Shown piece after piece: positions 24,463 through 33,357 of a stretch of 50,460 bases of DNA. Source of the DNA: Minisyncoccota bacterium (GTDB taxonomy: Bacteria > Patescibacteriota > Minisyncoccia > UBA6257 > GWB1-50-10); NCBI GenBank assembly GCA_020059585.1, contig JAGVBU010000016.1, positions 1 through 50,460 on the forward strand. Reading direction: 5' to 3'. Each line of letters starts with the position of its first letter. Position 1 is the stretch's first letter. Made by a program: the position numbers and the translations under genes. The notes beneath the pieces were generated by a model. It ran no database searches. It was not told where the DNA came from and saw nothing but the letters and a program-made list of their open reading frames with translations.

Positions 24463-25869
24463 TTACTTAACACTTTTTCGGACAAGCGGTCCGAGAGGCG
24501 TATCCTCTATTGTATATCCTAACGCATTGATTTTTTCTCTCAAGGCGTCCGCGCGGATAAACTGTTTATGACTTCTGGATAACTCACGTTCGTCCATATA
24601 CTGAGCGATTTCCGGGGGTATTATGTGTTCGGGAAATTCAAATCCGACCATTTTCATCACGCGACGAAGTGTATTTCGCATATATGTTGCATCCGAGGGA
24701 GAGAGGGAGAATACGTTTTTTTCATTAACCTCGTTTATAAATGTATGAATTACCGCGATGGCTTCGGGGGAATTGAAATCATCATCCATTGCGCGGATAA
24801 ACTCTTTTTCAAACTTCTTGCATAGGGAGCGTGTTTCCGCATTGGAAGCGCCCGTTCCTTTTTTCGAAACAAACGCGAGTTTTTCGGTAAATTCGGAAAT
24901 TTGGGAAAAATTCGTTTTTACATATGCCACTGCCTCATCTGAAAAATCGAGCGGCGTGCGGTAATGCTGTTGGAATACCATGAAGCGGAATTCATCGGGG
25001 GACATTTTTGAGAGAATCTCCTCCACAGAAACGAAATTTCCAAGGCTTTTCGACATTTTTTGTCCGCGCACCTTGAGAAATCCGGTGTGCATCCATATCT
25101 TCACAAATGGTTTTTTCCCCGATGCGGATTCTTGTTGCGCGATTTCCGCATCGTGGTGGGGGAACTTCAAATCGATGCCTCCGCCGTGGATATCATATTG
25201 GGGTCCGAAAAAGGATTCCGTGATGGCGGTGTCTTCAATGTGCCATCCGGGACGTCCGCGTCCGATAGATGCGTGCCATGAGGGTTCCCACTCCGCATCT
25301 TCTTCCGAGGTAAATTTCCAAAGACAGAAATCTCCCGCATTTCTTTTCTTTTCGCTTGCGTCAATGCGCGATACGCCATCCTCCGCCTGCGCGGTTGTTC
25401 GATGGGAGAGCTTTCCGTATTCGGGAAAACGGGAAAGATCAAAATACCATCCATCACCATCTATCTTATACGCGCAATCTTTTTCGATAAGAGTTGAAAT
25501 TTGTTTTATGATCGCGGGAATGTAATCGGTTGCGCGCGCGTATCGATCCACGGAATCGATACCGAGAATCTTTGTGTAATCAAGAAACATTTTTTCATAT
25601 TTTCGAGAAATGGAATCCCATGAGGCGTTTTCCTGTTTTGCTTTGGCGATGATTTTATCATCAACATCGGTGATGTTCTGAAGATACACAAGCTTCAATC
25701 CGCGGTTTCGGAGATAACGGACGATAATATCGAACGACATAAACGTGCGGAGATTTCCGATGTGAGGCGCGTCATATACGGTCGGTCCGCAGACAAAAAG
25801 CTTCAGTTTTCGGAAAAGAGGCTTTTTGAGAAACTCTTTTTTATCGGTTAATGAATTATAGATACGCAT
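24463..25869 (-). CDS. cysS: Cysteine--tRNA ligase
   Basis: The class I motifs are HIGNLRT (HIGH) and KMSKS. CGPTVYD lies near the N-terminus. Length is 468 aa. Confidence 0.96.
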   Translation of the reverse strand: MRIYNSLTDKKEFLKKPLFRKLKLFVCGPTVYDAPHIGNLRTFMSFDIIVRYLRNRGLKLVYLQNITDVDDKIIAKAKQENASWDSISRKYEKMFLDYTKILGIDSVDRYARATDYIPAIIKQISTLIEKDCAYKIDGDGWYFDLSRFPEYGKLSHRTTAQAEDGVSRIDASEKKRNAGDFCLWKFTSEEDAEWEPSWHASIGRGRPGWHIEDTAITESFFGPQYDIHGGGIDLKFPHHDAEIAQQESASGKKPFVKIWMHTGFLKVRGQKMSKSLGNFVSVEEILSKMSPDEFRFMVFQQHYRTPLDFSDEAVAYVKTNFSQISEFTEKLAFVSKKGTGASNAETRSLCKKFEKEFIRAMDDDFNSPEAIAVIHTFINEVNEKNVFSLSPSDATYMRNTLRRVMKMVGFEFPEHIIPPEIAQYMDERELSRSHKQFIRADALREKINALGYTIEDTPLGPLVRKSVK

Positions 25870-25947
25870 AGCAATAAGTATTAGGTATATAGTATCAAGT
25901 ATAAAGTGTGAGATATAAAATACTTACTACTTCATACTTTCTACTTA
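25870..25947. repeat. GTA-rich / TAC-rich self-complementary spacer
   Basis: aagtattaggtatatagtatcaagtataaagt is followed by aaatacttactacttcatactttctacttacta. Confidence 0.75.
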
Positions 25948-26913
25948 CTAGGGGCTCCAGTTCAGGATGATATCCGTCACGACGGGGGTTTCGGTTTGAA
26001 GGAGATCGCTTGCGAGGCGGACTTTGTAACGGAGATACCGGTATCCCACAAAGTCGGTTCTTAGTACGCAGATGGGAACGTTCGGAAGGGCGCATCCCAC
26101 GCCGCCATAGAGGGAACTTGTGCACGAAAGGCCGTAATAAGTGGAACTGTCGCCAGAGGGACCGCGATACTGCCACGGGCCGCTTGGGCTGTTTGATGCC
26201 GCAATCTGAAAGTCGACGCACGTGCCTCCGGGGGAATCGCCTTGCCAGATGATGCTGTTCAAAAGGGCTCCCGCGGTCGTCTCCGTGTCGAATATCGATG
26301 ATTCAAGATAGCCGAGGGAACTTGTCGCGCGCCATGTGGTATTCACTTTGTAATCGGACGATGCGCAACTGGAATTATTCGCGCAATTGAAACTTATCCA
26401 TCCCGCGATGTCATTCCACGCGTATCCGGTGAAGTCGCCGTCGGAGCTTATTTCCACTTTGTAATTCGAGGTGGTGCACTGATTCGTTCCTCCATGCGTT
26501 GATTGATCGCAATTGAAACTTATCCATCCTATGGTGTCATTCCACGCGTATCCAGAAAGCACTCCCGACGCATCGCCATTCGGACAGGTTCCGTCCGTAT
26601 TGTGGGGTCCCGGACCATTGCAGATGCCGTAATTTGATGATGCGCATACGCTTCCCAAGGGGCTCGTCGTGCAATCGAGGGACATATCGCCGATGGATGA
26701 ACTTGCATATCCTTCAACACGGGTTCCTTTCACAAGCACGGTGTCGGTGCCGTTGAAATCCCACCATCCGTTCGTGTCATCCCACGCGTGGCGCGTTTCC
26801 TGCGTGGCGCCGATGTTTGTTTCCGCGCGGACAAGGGGAAACGCGATAAAAGAGAAAAGCGCTCCGCAAAGGATTCCAAGCGCCGCGTATGCGTATTTTT
26901 CCGTTCGCGTCAT
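25948..26913 (-). CDS. Secreted repeat protein with GY.WND..GW(I/W).FN motifs
   Basis: Signal-like N-terminus (AALGILCGALFSFIAFPLVRA). Repeats are WDDTNGWWDFNG, GYAWNDTIGWISFNCD and GYAWNDIAGWISFNCA, with a 126-bp DNA period at 26383/26509. The C-terminal module ends RYLRYKVRL..DLLQTETPVVTDIILNW. Confidence 0.85.
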   Translation of the reverse strand: MTRTEKYAYAALGILCGALFSFIAFPLVRAETNIGATQETRHAWDDTNGWWDFNGTDTVLVKGTRVEGYASSSIGDMSLDCTTSPLGSVCASSNYGICNGPGPHNTDGTCPNGDASGVLSGYAWNDTIGWISFNCDQSTHGGTNQCTTSNYKVEISSDGDFTGYAWNDIAGWISFNCANNSSCASSDYKVNTTWRATSSLGYLESSIFDTETTAGALLNSIIWQGDSPGGTCVDFQIAASNSPSGPWQYRGPSGDSSTYYGLSCTSSLYGGVGCALPNVPICVLRTDFVGYRYLRYKVRLASDLLQTETPVVTDIILNWSP

Positions 26914-26960
26914 ATACCGTTATTATATCATCAATCGCCGTATATCTTATAATATATACA

Positions 26961-28109
26961 ATGAAGAAAAGGACGCGTGTTTTTCTTCTTGTCGCGTGCG
27001 CCACGTGCGTATGCGCGCTTGCATACGGTACGGGTGCGGTATTGGGGAGCGCGGATCTTCTGAGGTCATTTTCCGCGGATATGACGCGCGCGTTTTCCGC
27101 GACGTTTCTCCGGCAGGAAGAATTTCTCGGCGAGATTGATTTTAAAAGCGATGACACACGCACGGAGACCATAGTGTCTCCCGAATGCGCGTTTGATACG
27201 CTGTCTCTCCCCTTAAGAAAAAGAGTAATCTTGAATGAGATTGCGTGGATGGGTTCGGGTGGGGATTATAGGGACGAATGGATCGAGATACGAAATATAT
27301 CCGATGCTCCCATGGATGTATCATTTTGGAAGATAAAAGACAGGAATGATATTTCGTTCGAATTTCCGCGGGGCGAGATCATCCCATCGGGGGCGGTGCG
27401 TGTAATAAAAAGAGAGGGGGGATTTGGAGGATCACTCAAAAACAGCGGAGAGCACGTACGGCTTTTTAACGCGCTCTGCGAACTCGAGGATGAGGCGGGA
27501 GGAGCACAATGGGAAGCGGGGGACAACATGACGAAACAGACAATGGAACGCGATCTTTCGGGATTTGGATGGCACACCTCGGCATCTCCTGGCGGAACAC
27601 CAGGAGATGAAAACTCCAATTTTCAAACTCCCGTGCCTATCAGCAGGCAGGCAATTTTCAAAAATACAGAAGACAAAAAAAAGGACTCAGAACAAGGCAG
27701 CGTGAAACGCGCTGAAACAAGTGAATCAGAAATTCCGAAATCCGCAATTTCCGATGATATAGAGACGAAAAATGTGCGCATAGTCGAGGTGGTGGCGGGG
27801 ATCGAGGGGAATACGGGATATGAGTTTATAAGATTGAAAAATATATCAGACTCCGCAATTTCGCTTACGGGATGGACGGTGAAAAAGAGGAGCTCAACAG
27901 GAAATGAAACCACGCTTGTCTCGGAGTCGCGTCTTGAGGGGAAGATTATTTCAGTGAATGGAGAATTTCTTCTCGCGCGCGAGGGAGGATACTCGGGTAT
28001 TCCGGAGCCGGATGTATGGTGGCCGAAGTCATATACGCTCGCGCAGTCGAATAACGCGGTGATTTTCTATGACGCGAACGGAACAATAATGAGTGAATTC
28101 TCGTGGTAA
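26961..28109 (+). CDS. Secreted protein with two lamin-tail-domain (LTD)-like modules. The ORF-track start at 26889 is probably spurious.
   Basis: MKKRTRVFLLVACATCVCALAYG is a signal peptide. The LTD-type motifs are VILNEIAWMGSGGDYRDEWIEIRNISDAPMDVSFWKI and VRIVEVVAG..GYEFIRLKNISDSAISLTGWTV. A start at 26961 avoids overlap with the divergent gene. Confidence 0.85.
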   Translation: MKKRTRVFLLVACATCVCALAYGTGAVLGSADLLRSFSADMTRAFSATFLRQEEFLGEIDFKSDDTRTETIVSPECAFDTLSLPLRKRVILNEIAWMGSGGDYRDEWIEIRNISDAPMDVSFWKIKDRNDISFEFPRGEIIPSGAVRVIKREGGFGGSLKNSGEHVRLFNALCELEDEAGGAQWEAGDNMTKQTMERDLSGFGWHTSASPGGTPGDENSNFQTPVPISRQAIFKNTEDKKKDSEQGSVKRAETSESEIPKSAISDDIETKNVRIVEVVAGIEGNTGYEFIRLKNISDSAISLTGWTVKKRSSTGNETTLVSESRLEGKIISVNGEFLLAREGGYSGIPEPDVWWPKSYTLAQSNNAVIFYDANGTIMSEFSW

Positions 28110-28137
28110 AAAAAAGAACCGTCACAAAACGGTTCTT
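28108..28137 (-). terminator. Rho-independent terminator, best oriented for the minus-strand gene
   Basis: The 9-bp stem AAGAACCGT/ACGGTTCTT has a 6-nt loop. On the minus strand it is followed by a T-run, which is the complement of the A-run at 28108-28113. Confidence 0.7.
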
Positions 28138-28155
28138 AAATAACTTTTTGATATA

Positions 28156-28452
28156 TCATCTTTCCATTTTTCGAAGCATTCGGAGACGTCTCAGGCGCAT
28201 AAGCGCGAGGATGGGGATCCATGAGAACGTCACTCTATATAATATTTGGAGTTCACGGTTGTCTACCGTGATGCCAAGATTATATATAGCGTCAAACATT
28301 TCGATAAAAAAGAAACATGAAATCAGAAACGCAATGAATTGCCATCGAACTGCTATCTTTAGATTTCTTTTCCCCGTGTCTCCAGAAAATACAGTGGATA
28401 CGACAAAAGAAAATAGCATTACGATGTACGAAATAGCAAGGAGCTCTTTCAT
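28156..28452 (-). CDS. Small hydrophobic membrane protein (98 aa)
   Basis: About three hydrophobic helices. AAGAGG lies 7 nt upstream of the ATG, with a TATAAT further upstream. Its own terminator is downstream. It is preferred over the overlapping plus-strand ORF 28103..28471. Confidence 0.6.
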   Translation of the reverse strand: MKELLAISYIVMLFSFVVSTVFSGDTGKRNLKIAVRWQFIAFLISCFFFIEMFDAIYNLGITVDNRELQILYRVTFSWIPILALMRLRRLRMLRKMER

Positions 28453-28726
28453 TCAAAACCTCTTTATTTAATTTACAATGTCATTTTAATTGCTGGTGTA
28501 ATTATAGCATATAAATAATGATTTGTCAATAACAATAAACCCTCTGTCTATATAAGAGAATTAGAGGGTTTTGAATGCCGCGAATCGCGGCGATGAGGAG
28601 GTTATGGATACCATCAGACAGTAAGAGAACAAAATACAGAAAATCGGTGAGAATTCCTTATGAGGGGGAAAAGTCCCGCATTTCAAATGTCTATATACAG
28701 TATAGCACAAAGTATGCGGATGTTTA

Positions 28727-28755
28727 TTGACTTTTCTTATATATTATGATATAAT
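28727..28755 (+). promoter_or_regulatory. Near-consensus sigma70 promoter TTGACT-17 nt-TATAAT
   Basis: ttgact is at 28727-28732 and tataat at 28750-28755. The AAGGAGGA Shine-Dalgarno site is at 28770-28777 and the GTG start is at 28785. Confidence 0.6.
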
Positions 28756-28784
28756 TCAAATCAGAAAATAAGGAGGATTTATAA

Positions 28785-29243
28785 GTGAATATCACAACAG
28801 CATTCGAATATGAATTTCAATCGGGTGAATTCGAGGGGAAAAAATTAAAATCGGTTATTTTCAAAAGTTTCCGACACCTCTCGGATCTGAAGAAAAAGAT
28901 GGATGCGGGGCTCACGCGCGATTCTTCGAAAAACGCTCTCCATAAGGCGCTCGAAGAAATTATGCTTTGGGAAAAGAATCCAGACATTTTGGTCGTATGC
29001 CCATTCTGCGGAGAAAAGAGAGTGAGATTTTTCTCTTATAATTCCTCGCGGGAAGACGTATATTTTTCCGACTCTCTCGTTTCGTGCGAAGAGTGTATCC
29101 CAAAACTAGAAAAAAGAGTTTCCTCACATTGCGGACGTCCGGTCATTGTACCCATCAGGATGACTTCCGTCTTCCGTTTTCTCCCGAAATTCGAGAAAAA
29201 AGTGCTCACATTTCTGAAAAAAATCATTTCCCATCCAAGGTAA
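28785..29243 (+). CDS. Hypothetical protein with a CxxC...CxxC zinc-ribbon-like motif (152 aa, GTG start)
   Basis: It has a strong promoter and Shine-Dalgarno site. CPFCGEKRV and CEECIPK lie about 30 aa apart. No family was recognised. Confidence 0.65.
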   Translation: MNITTAFEYEFQSGEFEGKKLKSVIFKSFRHLSDLKKKMDAGLTRDSSKNALHKALEEIMLWEKNPDILVVCPFCGEKRVRFFSYNSSREDVYFSDSLVSCEECIPKLEKRVSSHCGRPVIVPIRMTSVFRFLPKFEKKVLTFLKKIISHPR

Positions 29244-29260
29244 CGCGGGTGGGTTTTTTT

Positions 29261-29749
29261 ATGTATACTGTCTTTATGATCGCCGTGCTCGACAATATAC
29301 GGAGCGTCCATAACGTGGGTTCGATATTCCGCACCGCGGACGGCGCGGGAATACAAACGCTGTATCTTTGCGGCGTAACCCCGTCTCCCGTCGATCGGTT
29401 CGGGAAGATCCGCGACGATTTTTCAAAAACAGCGCTTGGCGCGGAAAAGAATGTCGCGTGGGAATCGGTGCCCTCGACCGCGCGCCTTTTAAACAAGCTG
29501 AAGAAAGAGGGGTGGCACATCGTTGTGCTTGAGCAGACGAAAGGATCTGTTCCATATAACAAATTAAACACAGGAAAAAAACAGAGAGAAAAAATGGCGC
29601 TTGTCGTGGGAAATGAGGTTTCCGGTGTTTCGGGTACTGCCCTGAAATACGCGAATCACGTTATAGAAATACCGATGCGGGGGACAAAAGAATCCTTGAA
29701 CGTTTCCGTTTCGTTCGGTATCGCGGCGTATGAGTTAACTAATAACTAG
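29261..29749 (+). CDS. SpoU/TrmH-family RNA 2'-O-methyltransferase
   Basis: SPOUT motifs are NVGSIFRTADGAG, LVVGNEVSGVS and ESLNVSVSFGIAAYEL. The upstream part of ORF 29084.. overlaps the previous gene and looks non-coding. Confidence 0.88.
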   Translation: MYTVFMIAVLDNIRSVHNVGSIFRTADGAGIQTLYLCGVTPSPVDRFGKIRDDFSKTALGAEKNVAWESVPSTARLLNKLKKEGWHIVVLEQTKGSVPYNKLNTGKKQREKMALVVGNEVSGVSGTALKYANHVIEIPMRGTKESLNVSVSFGIAAYELTNN

Positions 29750-29778
29750 CAACCAATAGTCAATGGCCGGCAACTGAA

Positions 29779-30285
29779 ATGAAACACAAAAAGACACAAC
29801 ACATAGTAGCGTTTTTACTCATTGCGGTGTGCGTCATCTTTGTGGTGGCACTATTTTTGGAGACGGAACATATAGAGACATACAACGGGCCATCCGTGAA
29901 TATTAATGGTAGGACAATATCCGTTGATGTTGCGGAGACCCCAGAAGCGCAGAGAAGGGGACTTTCAGGAAGAGAGACGCTTGATGGAGACGCGGGTATG
30001 CTTTTTCTTTTTCCGGAAAAACAGATTACGGGTTTTTGGATGAAGGAGATGCGTTTTCCCATCGATATCGTATGGATTTCCGAGGGGGAGGTTATAGGAA
30101 TTGAAAAAAATATTGATCCGCAAATCGGCGCGCGCGAAGAAGAGTTGAAGATATATTTTCCGCCCTCCGCGGTTGATGCGGTACTTGAGATATATGCGGG
30201 AAAGGCAGACGAATGGGGAATAATAGTGGGAGACAAAATCATCTCTTATATTTCAAAACCGCAGTTCACTATTTCCAGCGAATAA
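29779..30285 (+). CDS. DUF192-family protein with an N-terminal anchor
   Basis: VDVAETPEAQRRGLSGRE.L..DAGMLFLFPE...GFWMKEMRFPIDIVWI matches the DUF192 (COG1430) pattern. Confidence 0.85.
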   Translation: MKHKKTQHIVAFLLIAVCVIFVVALFLETEHIETYNGPSVNINGRTISVDVAETPEAQRRGLSGRETLDGDAGMLFLFPEKQITGFWMKEMRFPIDIVWISEGEVIGIEKNIDPQIGAREEELKIYFPPSAVDAVLEIYAGKADEWGIIVGDKIISYISKPQFTISSE

Positions 30286-30621
30286 TGACTGCTGCCTCTC
30301 AACGCAAAAAGCCGCTTCGCGGCACCAAGCTTTTTACGTTTCCGAGAGCTTTTGAAATGCAAGAGATGATTTTCACCAAAAATTAACGACTTTCTCTTGT
30401 TGCTAATTACTCGTCACGAAAATCCATTGTCCAATTTTTTCGGCGGATTTATTTTTAACCGAAACGTGGGTTGTTTCCACAAAAAAATTTTCCTTCAATA
30501 CGCTCACGTCCCATACTCGGGACTGCGCTTCCGTTTTAGATTTCAGAAAAACTTTTTTCAGGAAAATAAGAATAGTTATCTCTAAAGAATTTTCAGTGTA
30601 TTTGTATTATAATGAACGTGT

Positions 30622-31650
30622 ATGACAAAAATAGCTATAAACGGGTTTGGGAGGATAGGTCGGCTTTTTTTCAGGAAAACGTTCGGAGAGGGAGAATTTG
30701 ATATCGTGGCGATCAATGATTTGGGAGATATTGAGGATCTCGCGTATCTTTTGAAATACGACACGGTATATGGACGGTATCCGAAAGAAACGGGAAGCGA
30801 GCAGGGGGAATCCGGCGCGTATCTTATAATAGATGGGAAGAAGATACCTTTTTTCCAAGAAAAGGATCCTGCACAGCTTCCGTGGAAGACGCTCGGAGTG
30901 GATATTGTACTCGAATCAACGGGTGCGTTCGAATCTTTCGCGCACGCGGAGGCGCATTGTAACGCGGGCGCGCGGCGTGCGATCATCACCGCGCCAGCGA
31001 AAGACGCGGATGGTCCGATCGGGAAAACAATTCTTATGGGAATTAACGAGGAGGAGCTGGAACACGTGAAGGTGAGTTCGAACGGATCGTGTACGACGAA
31101 TGCCGCATCTCCCGCAATACAGATTCTTCATGAAACGATCGGCATTGAGAAGGCGATATTGAACACGGTGCACGGATATACCGCGACGCAGAATATTGTT
31201 GATGGACCGACGAAGGGAAAAGACTTCCGCCGCGGACGCGCAGCCGCGCAGAACATTGTGCCTTCCTCAACAGGAGCGGCAATCGCGGTGACCCGCGCGC
31301 TTCCCGCGCTTGAGGGAAAGTTCGACGGAGTCGCGATGCGCGTTCCCGTCCCCTCGGGATCGGTTGCTGATATTACATGCGTGATGTCACGCGATACGAC
31401 TCCGGATGAAATACGGGAAATATTCAAAAATGCCGCACGGGAGAAGCGGTGGGAGGGAATAATGAAAACGACCGAAGATCAGGTGGTCTCCTCGGATATT
31501 CTTGGGGAACCGTACGGCGCCATTATAGATCTCTCATTTACAAAAGTGGTGGGAGGAAATCTTGTGAAGATACTTTCGTGGTATGACAATGAAGCGGGAT
31601 ATGTGGCGACGCTTGTCAAACATGCCCGCGCGGCGGCGACATTCATCTAG
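30622..31650 (+). CDS. gap: Glyceraldehyde-3-phosphate dehydrogenase (type I)
   Basis: INGFGRIGR is the NAD-binding site and SNGSCTTNAASP holds the active-site Cys. The C-terminus has WYDNEAGY. Confidence 0.96.
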   Translation: MTKIAINGFGRIGRLFFRKTFGEGEFDIVAINDLGDIEDLAYLLKYDTVYGRYPKETGSEQGESGAYLIIDGKKIPFFQEKDPAQLPWKTLGVDIVLESTGAFESFAHAEAHCNAGARRAIITAPAKDADGPIGKTILMGINEEELEHVKVSSNGSCTTNAASPAIQILHETIGIEKAILNTVHGYTATQNIVDGPTKGKDFRRGRAAAQNIVPSSTGAAIAVTRALPALEGKFDGVAMRVPVPSGSVADITCVMSRDTTPDEIREIFKNAAREKRWEGIMKTTEDQVVSSDILGEPYGAIIDLSFTKVVGGNLVKILSWYDNEAGYVATLVKHARAAATFI

Positions 31651-31657
31651 CGTTTCA

Positions 31658-31891
31658 ATGAAAAAAGAGCATATTTTTATTGCATGTATATTATTTGCCC
31701 TCTTCTGCCTCTTTCTTTTTTACACGCGGCTTGAGGTGCAGCGCCTTATTTTTATGAGAGTGCAAAGCGCGCAGGAAGTGAGCCGCACTGCGTCGGGATA
31801 TCTTCGCGCCATTCGCGCGGGGTCGTTGCCTATTATAGAAAGGGGAGACGCCCTTATTCTTGAATCACCGGAAAATGAAGACGGAAAATAA
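31658..31891 (+). CDS. Small membrane-anchored hypothetical protein (77 aa)
   Basis: MKKEHIFIACILFALFCLFLFY is a TM helix. The 3' end overlaps the next gene by 17 nt, which suggests coupling. The ORF-track start at 31583 overlaps gap. Confidence 0.5.
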   Translation: MKKEHIFIACILFALFCLFLFYTRLEVQRLIFMRVQSAQEVSRTASGYLRAIRAGSLPIIERGDALILESPENEDGK

Positions 31892-33305
31892 CACAAAAAA
31901 AGAGCCGCGCATATCCTGGAAAAGAGTTGTTTTTCCGGGATTTTTCTTGGCGCTTATCGCGTTGGGATTTTCGATGAGCGCAGTGCTTTGGTTTCAGAAC
32001 AAGGAGCTGAAGGCGATGAAATCGCTCCAGCCGATTGTGTATTACAGTATTTCAAGAGAGGAACCGTTTCTCAACGCCGATGACGTGGTTGCCGCGGATG
32101 ATCGGGAGACGTTTCAGGCAGAAAAGAAAAAACTCATCGACAAAAAAGAGAACTTTATTGAGGCGGACCTGAAACGCATGAAGATGTCGCTCTATGAGAA
32201 TGGTGAAATAAAAGAAGAATACTCAATACTTATGAAAGGAAAGATGGGAAGTTTTTGGGAAACGACTACGGGTATCTATTCGGTAGGCGCGAAAAGCGCG
32301 AACCACTTCTCGTCTATCGCAAAAGTATGGATGCCGTACGGCGTGCAGTTCTACGGAAACTTCTTTATCCATGGGTGGCCGTATTATAGCGACGGAACCC
32401 CCCTTCAATCCTCGTATTCCGGAGGATGCATCCGTCTTTCGACGAAAGACGCGGAGAAGGTATTTTCTTTCGCGAAATACGGGATGCCCATTCTTGTATT
32501 CGAAGAGAAACCAAGAGCTACGCTTTATGAAGCGTTTACGCGCGCGGATGAGGAAGCGGAAATGCCCCTTATAGAAGCGGAAGCCGCGATCGTTGCTGAT
32601 CTTGATACGGGGGAGGTGCTCCTTGATAAAAACAGCGAAGAGTCGTTTCCTCTGGGCGCGCTTACGAAGAGTATGACCGCGCTTACGGTGAGCGAGGTGG
32701 TGAATCTTGAACGGACGATCACCGCGCAGTCGTGGATGCTCAATACGCCGAAGAGCGACAATCTCTTGAACGCGGGCACGCGCTATCGGGGTTTTGATCT
32801 TCTCTATCCGCTTCTCATGCAGTCCTCAAATGACGCCGCAACGGTGCTTGGTGGTTTTTTAGGCGAGACGGGCACCGTGTTTCAGATGAACAAAAAAGCG
32901 AAAGGACTCGGTATGTCTCGCACCACGTTTGTTGATGTGACGGGAGAATCCGAAAAAAACGTTTCAACACTCACAGATCTCTCGCGTCTTGCGGAATATA
33001 TTCTTGCGAAAAGAGGGTTCGTTTTCGGAGTGAGTATCGGCACGGAATATCCCGAACAGCAGTCAATCACATTTCAGAATCTCTCCAATTACAATCCGTT
33101 CGTGGGAGAAAAAAATCTCGTGGGCGTCATCGGCGGTCGCACTGATGCGGTCGGATTTACCGTGCTTACCATATGGCAATTTTCGAAAGAGGGGAAGCCC
33201 CCGAGAAATGTGCTTATAGGAGTGCTCGGATCCAAAAACGCGAACGGCGATATTATCGCGATTCGTTCGTGGTTTGAAAGAAATTTCGGAGTCGTTCCGC
33301 GGTAG
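31875..33305 (+). CDS. Fusion protein: L,D-transpeptidase (YkuD) domain plus a peptidase-S11 (D-Ala-D-Ala carboxypeptidase)-like domain
   Basis: A TM helix is followed by the YkuD motif FFIHGWPY....SSYSGGCIRL. The S11-like region has LGALTKSMTA, QSSNDAA and GGRTDAVG. The expected SxxK serine and the KTG motif appear substituted. Confidence 0.88.
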   Translation: MKTENNTKKEPRISWKRVVFPGFFLALIALGFSMSAVLWFQNKELKAMKSLQPIVYYSISREEPFLNADDVVAADDRETFQAEKKKLIDKKENFIEADLKRMKMSLYENGEIKEEYSILMKGKMGSFWETTTGIYSVGAKSANHFSSIAKVWMPYGVQFYGNFFIHGWPYYSDGTPLQSSYSGGCIRLSTKDAEKVFSFAKYGMPILVFEEKPRATLYEAFTRADEEAEMPLIEAEAAIVADLDTGEVLLDKNSEESFPLGALTKSMTALTVSEVVNLERTITAQSWMLNTPKSDNLLNAGTRYRGFDLLYPLLMQSSNDAATVLGGFLGETGTVFQMNKKAKGLGMSRTTFVDVTGESEKNVSTLTDLSRLAEYILAKRGFVFGVSIGTEYPEQQSITFQNLSNYNPFVGEKNLVGVIGGRTDAVGFTVLTIWQFSKEGKPPRNVLIGVLGSKNANGDIIAIRSWFERNFGVVPR

Positions 33306-33357
33306 GGAAATAAATTCCTCCGTATTCGTTTTTCGGTGAGCGTATTATAATAAACAT

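Noticed and set aside
26889-26960. N-terminal extensions in the ORF track. Each uses an upstream ATG, GTG or TTG:
- 26889 for the LTD protein
- 29084 for SpoU
- 31583 for the small anchor protein
- 33821 for rpe
- 37320 for hrcA
- 40450 for the membrane protein
- 43500 for rplJ
- 46151 for rsmH
- 10240 for the GT fusion
   Set aside because: The extensions overlap the neighbouring gene or regulatory sites (CIRCE). They are rich in Arg/Lys junk. Each is followed by an internal ATG that begins the recognisable N-terminus (signal peptide or conserved family start).
28103-28471. Plus-strand 122-aa ORF.
   Set aside because: It starts inside the end of the LTD gene and runs through a terminator hairpin. 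Its sequence is Arg-rich and unstructured. The minus-strand 98-aa ORF has TM helices, a Shine-Dalgarno site, a -10 box and a correctly oriented terminator.
28595-28624. Mini-ORF ATG GAT ACC ATC AGA CAG TAA preceded by GAGGAGG.
   Set aside because: The Shine-Dalgarno-like sequence is only 2 nt from the ATG, which is too close. The ORF has only 6 codons and there is no supporting context.
30286-30621. Possible ncRNA, or the small ORF 30397..30585, in the 335-nt gap before gap.
   Set aside because: I could find only a weak hairpin (GCCGC-ttc-GCGGC at 30311-30323, followed by T5). It is probably the DUF192 gene's terminator. The 62-aa ORF has no start context or motif. No recognisable RNA family signature was seen.
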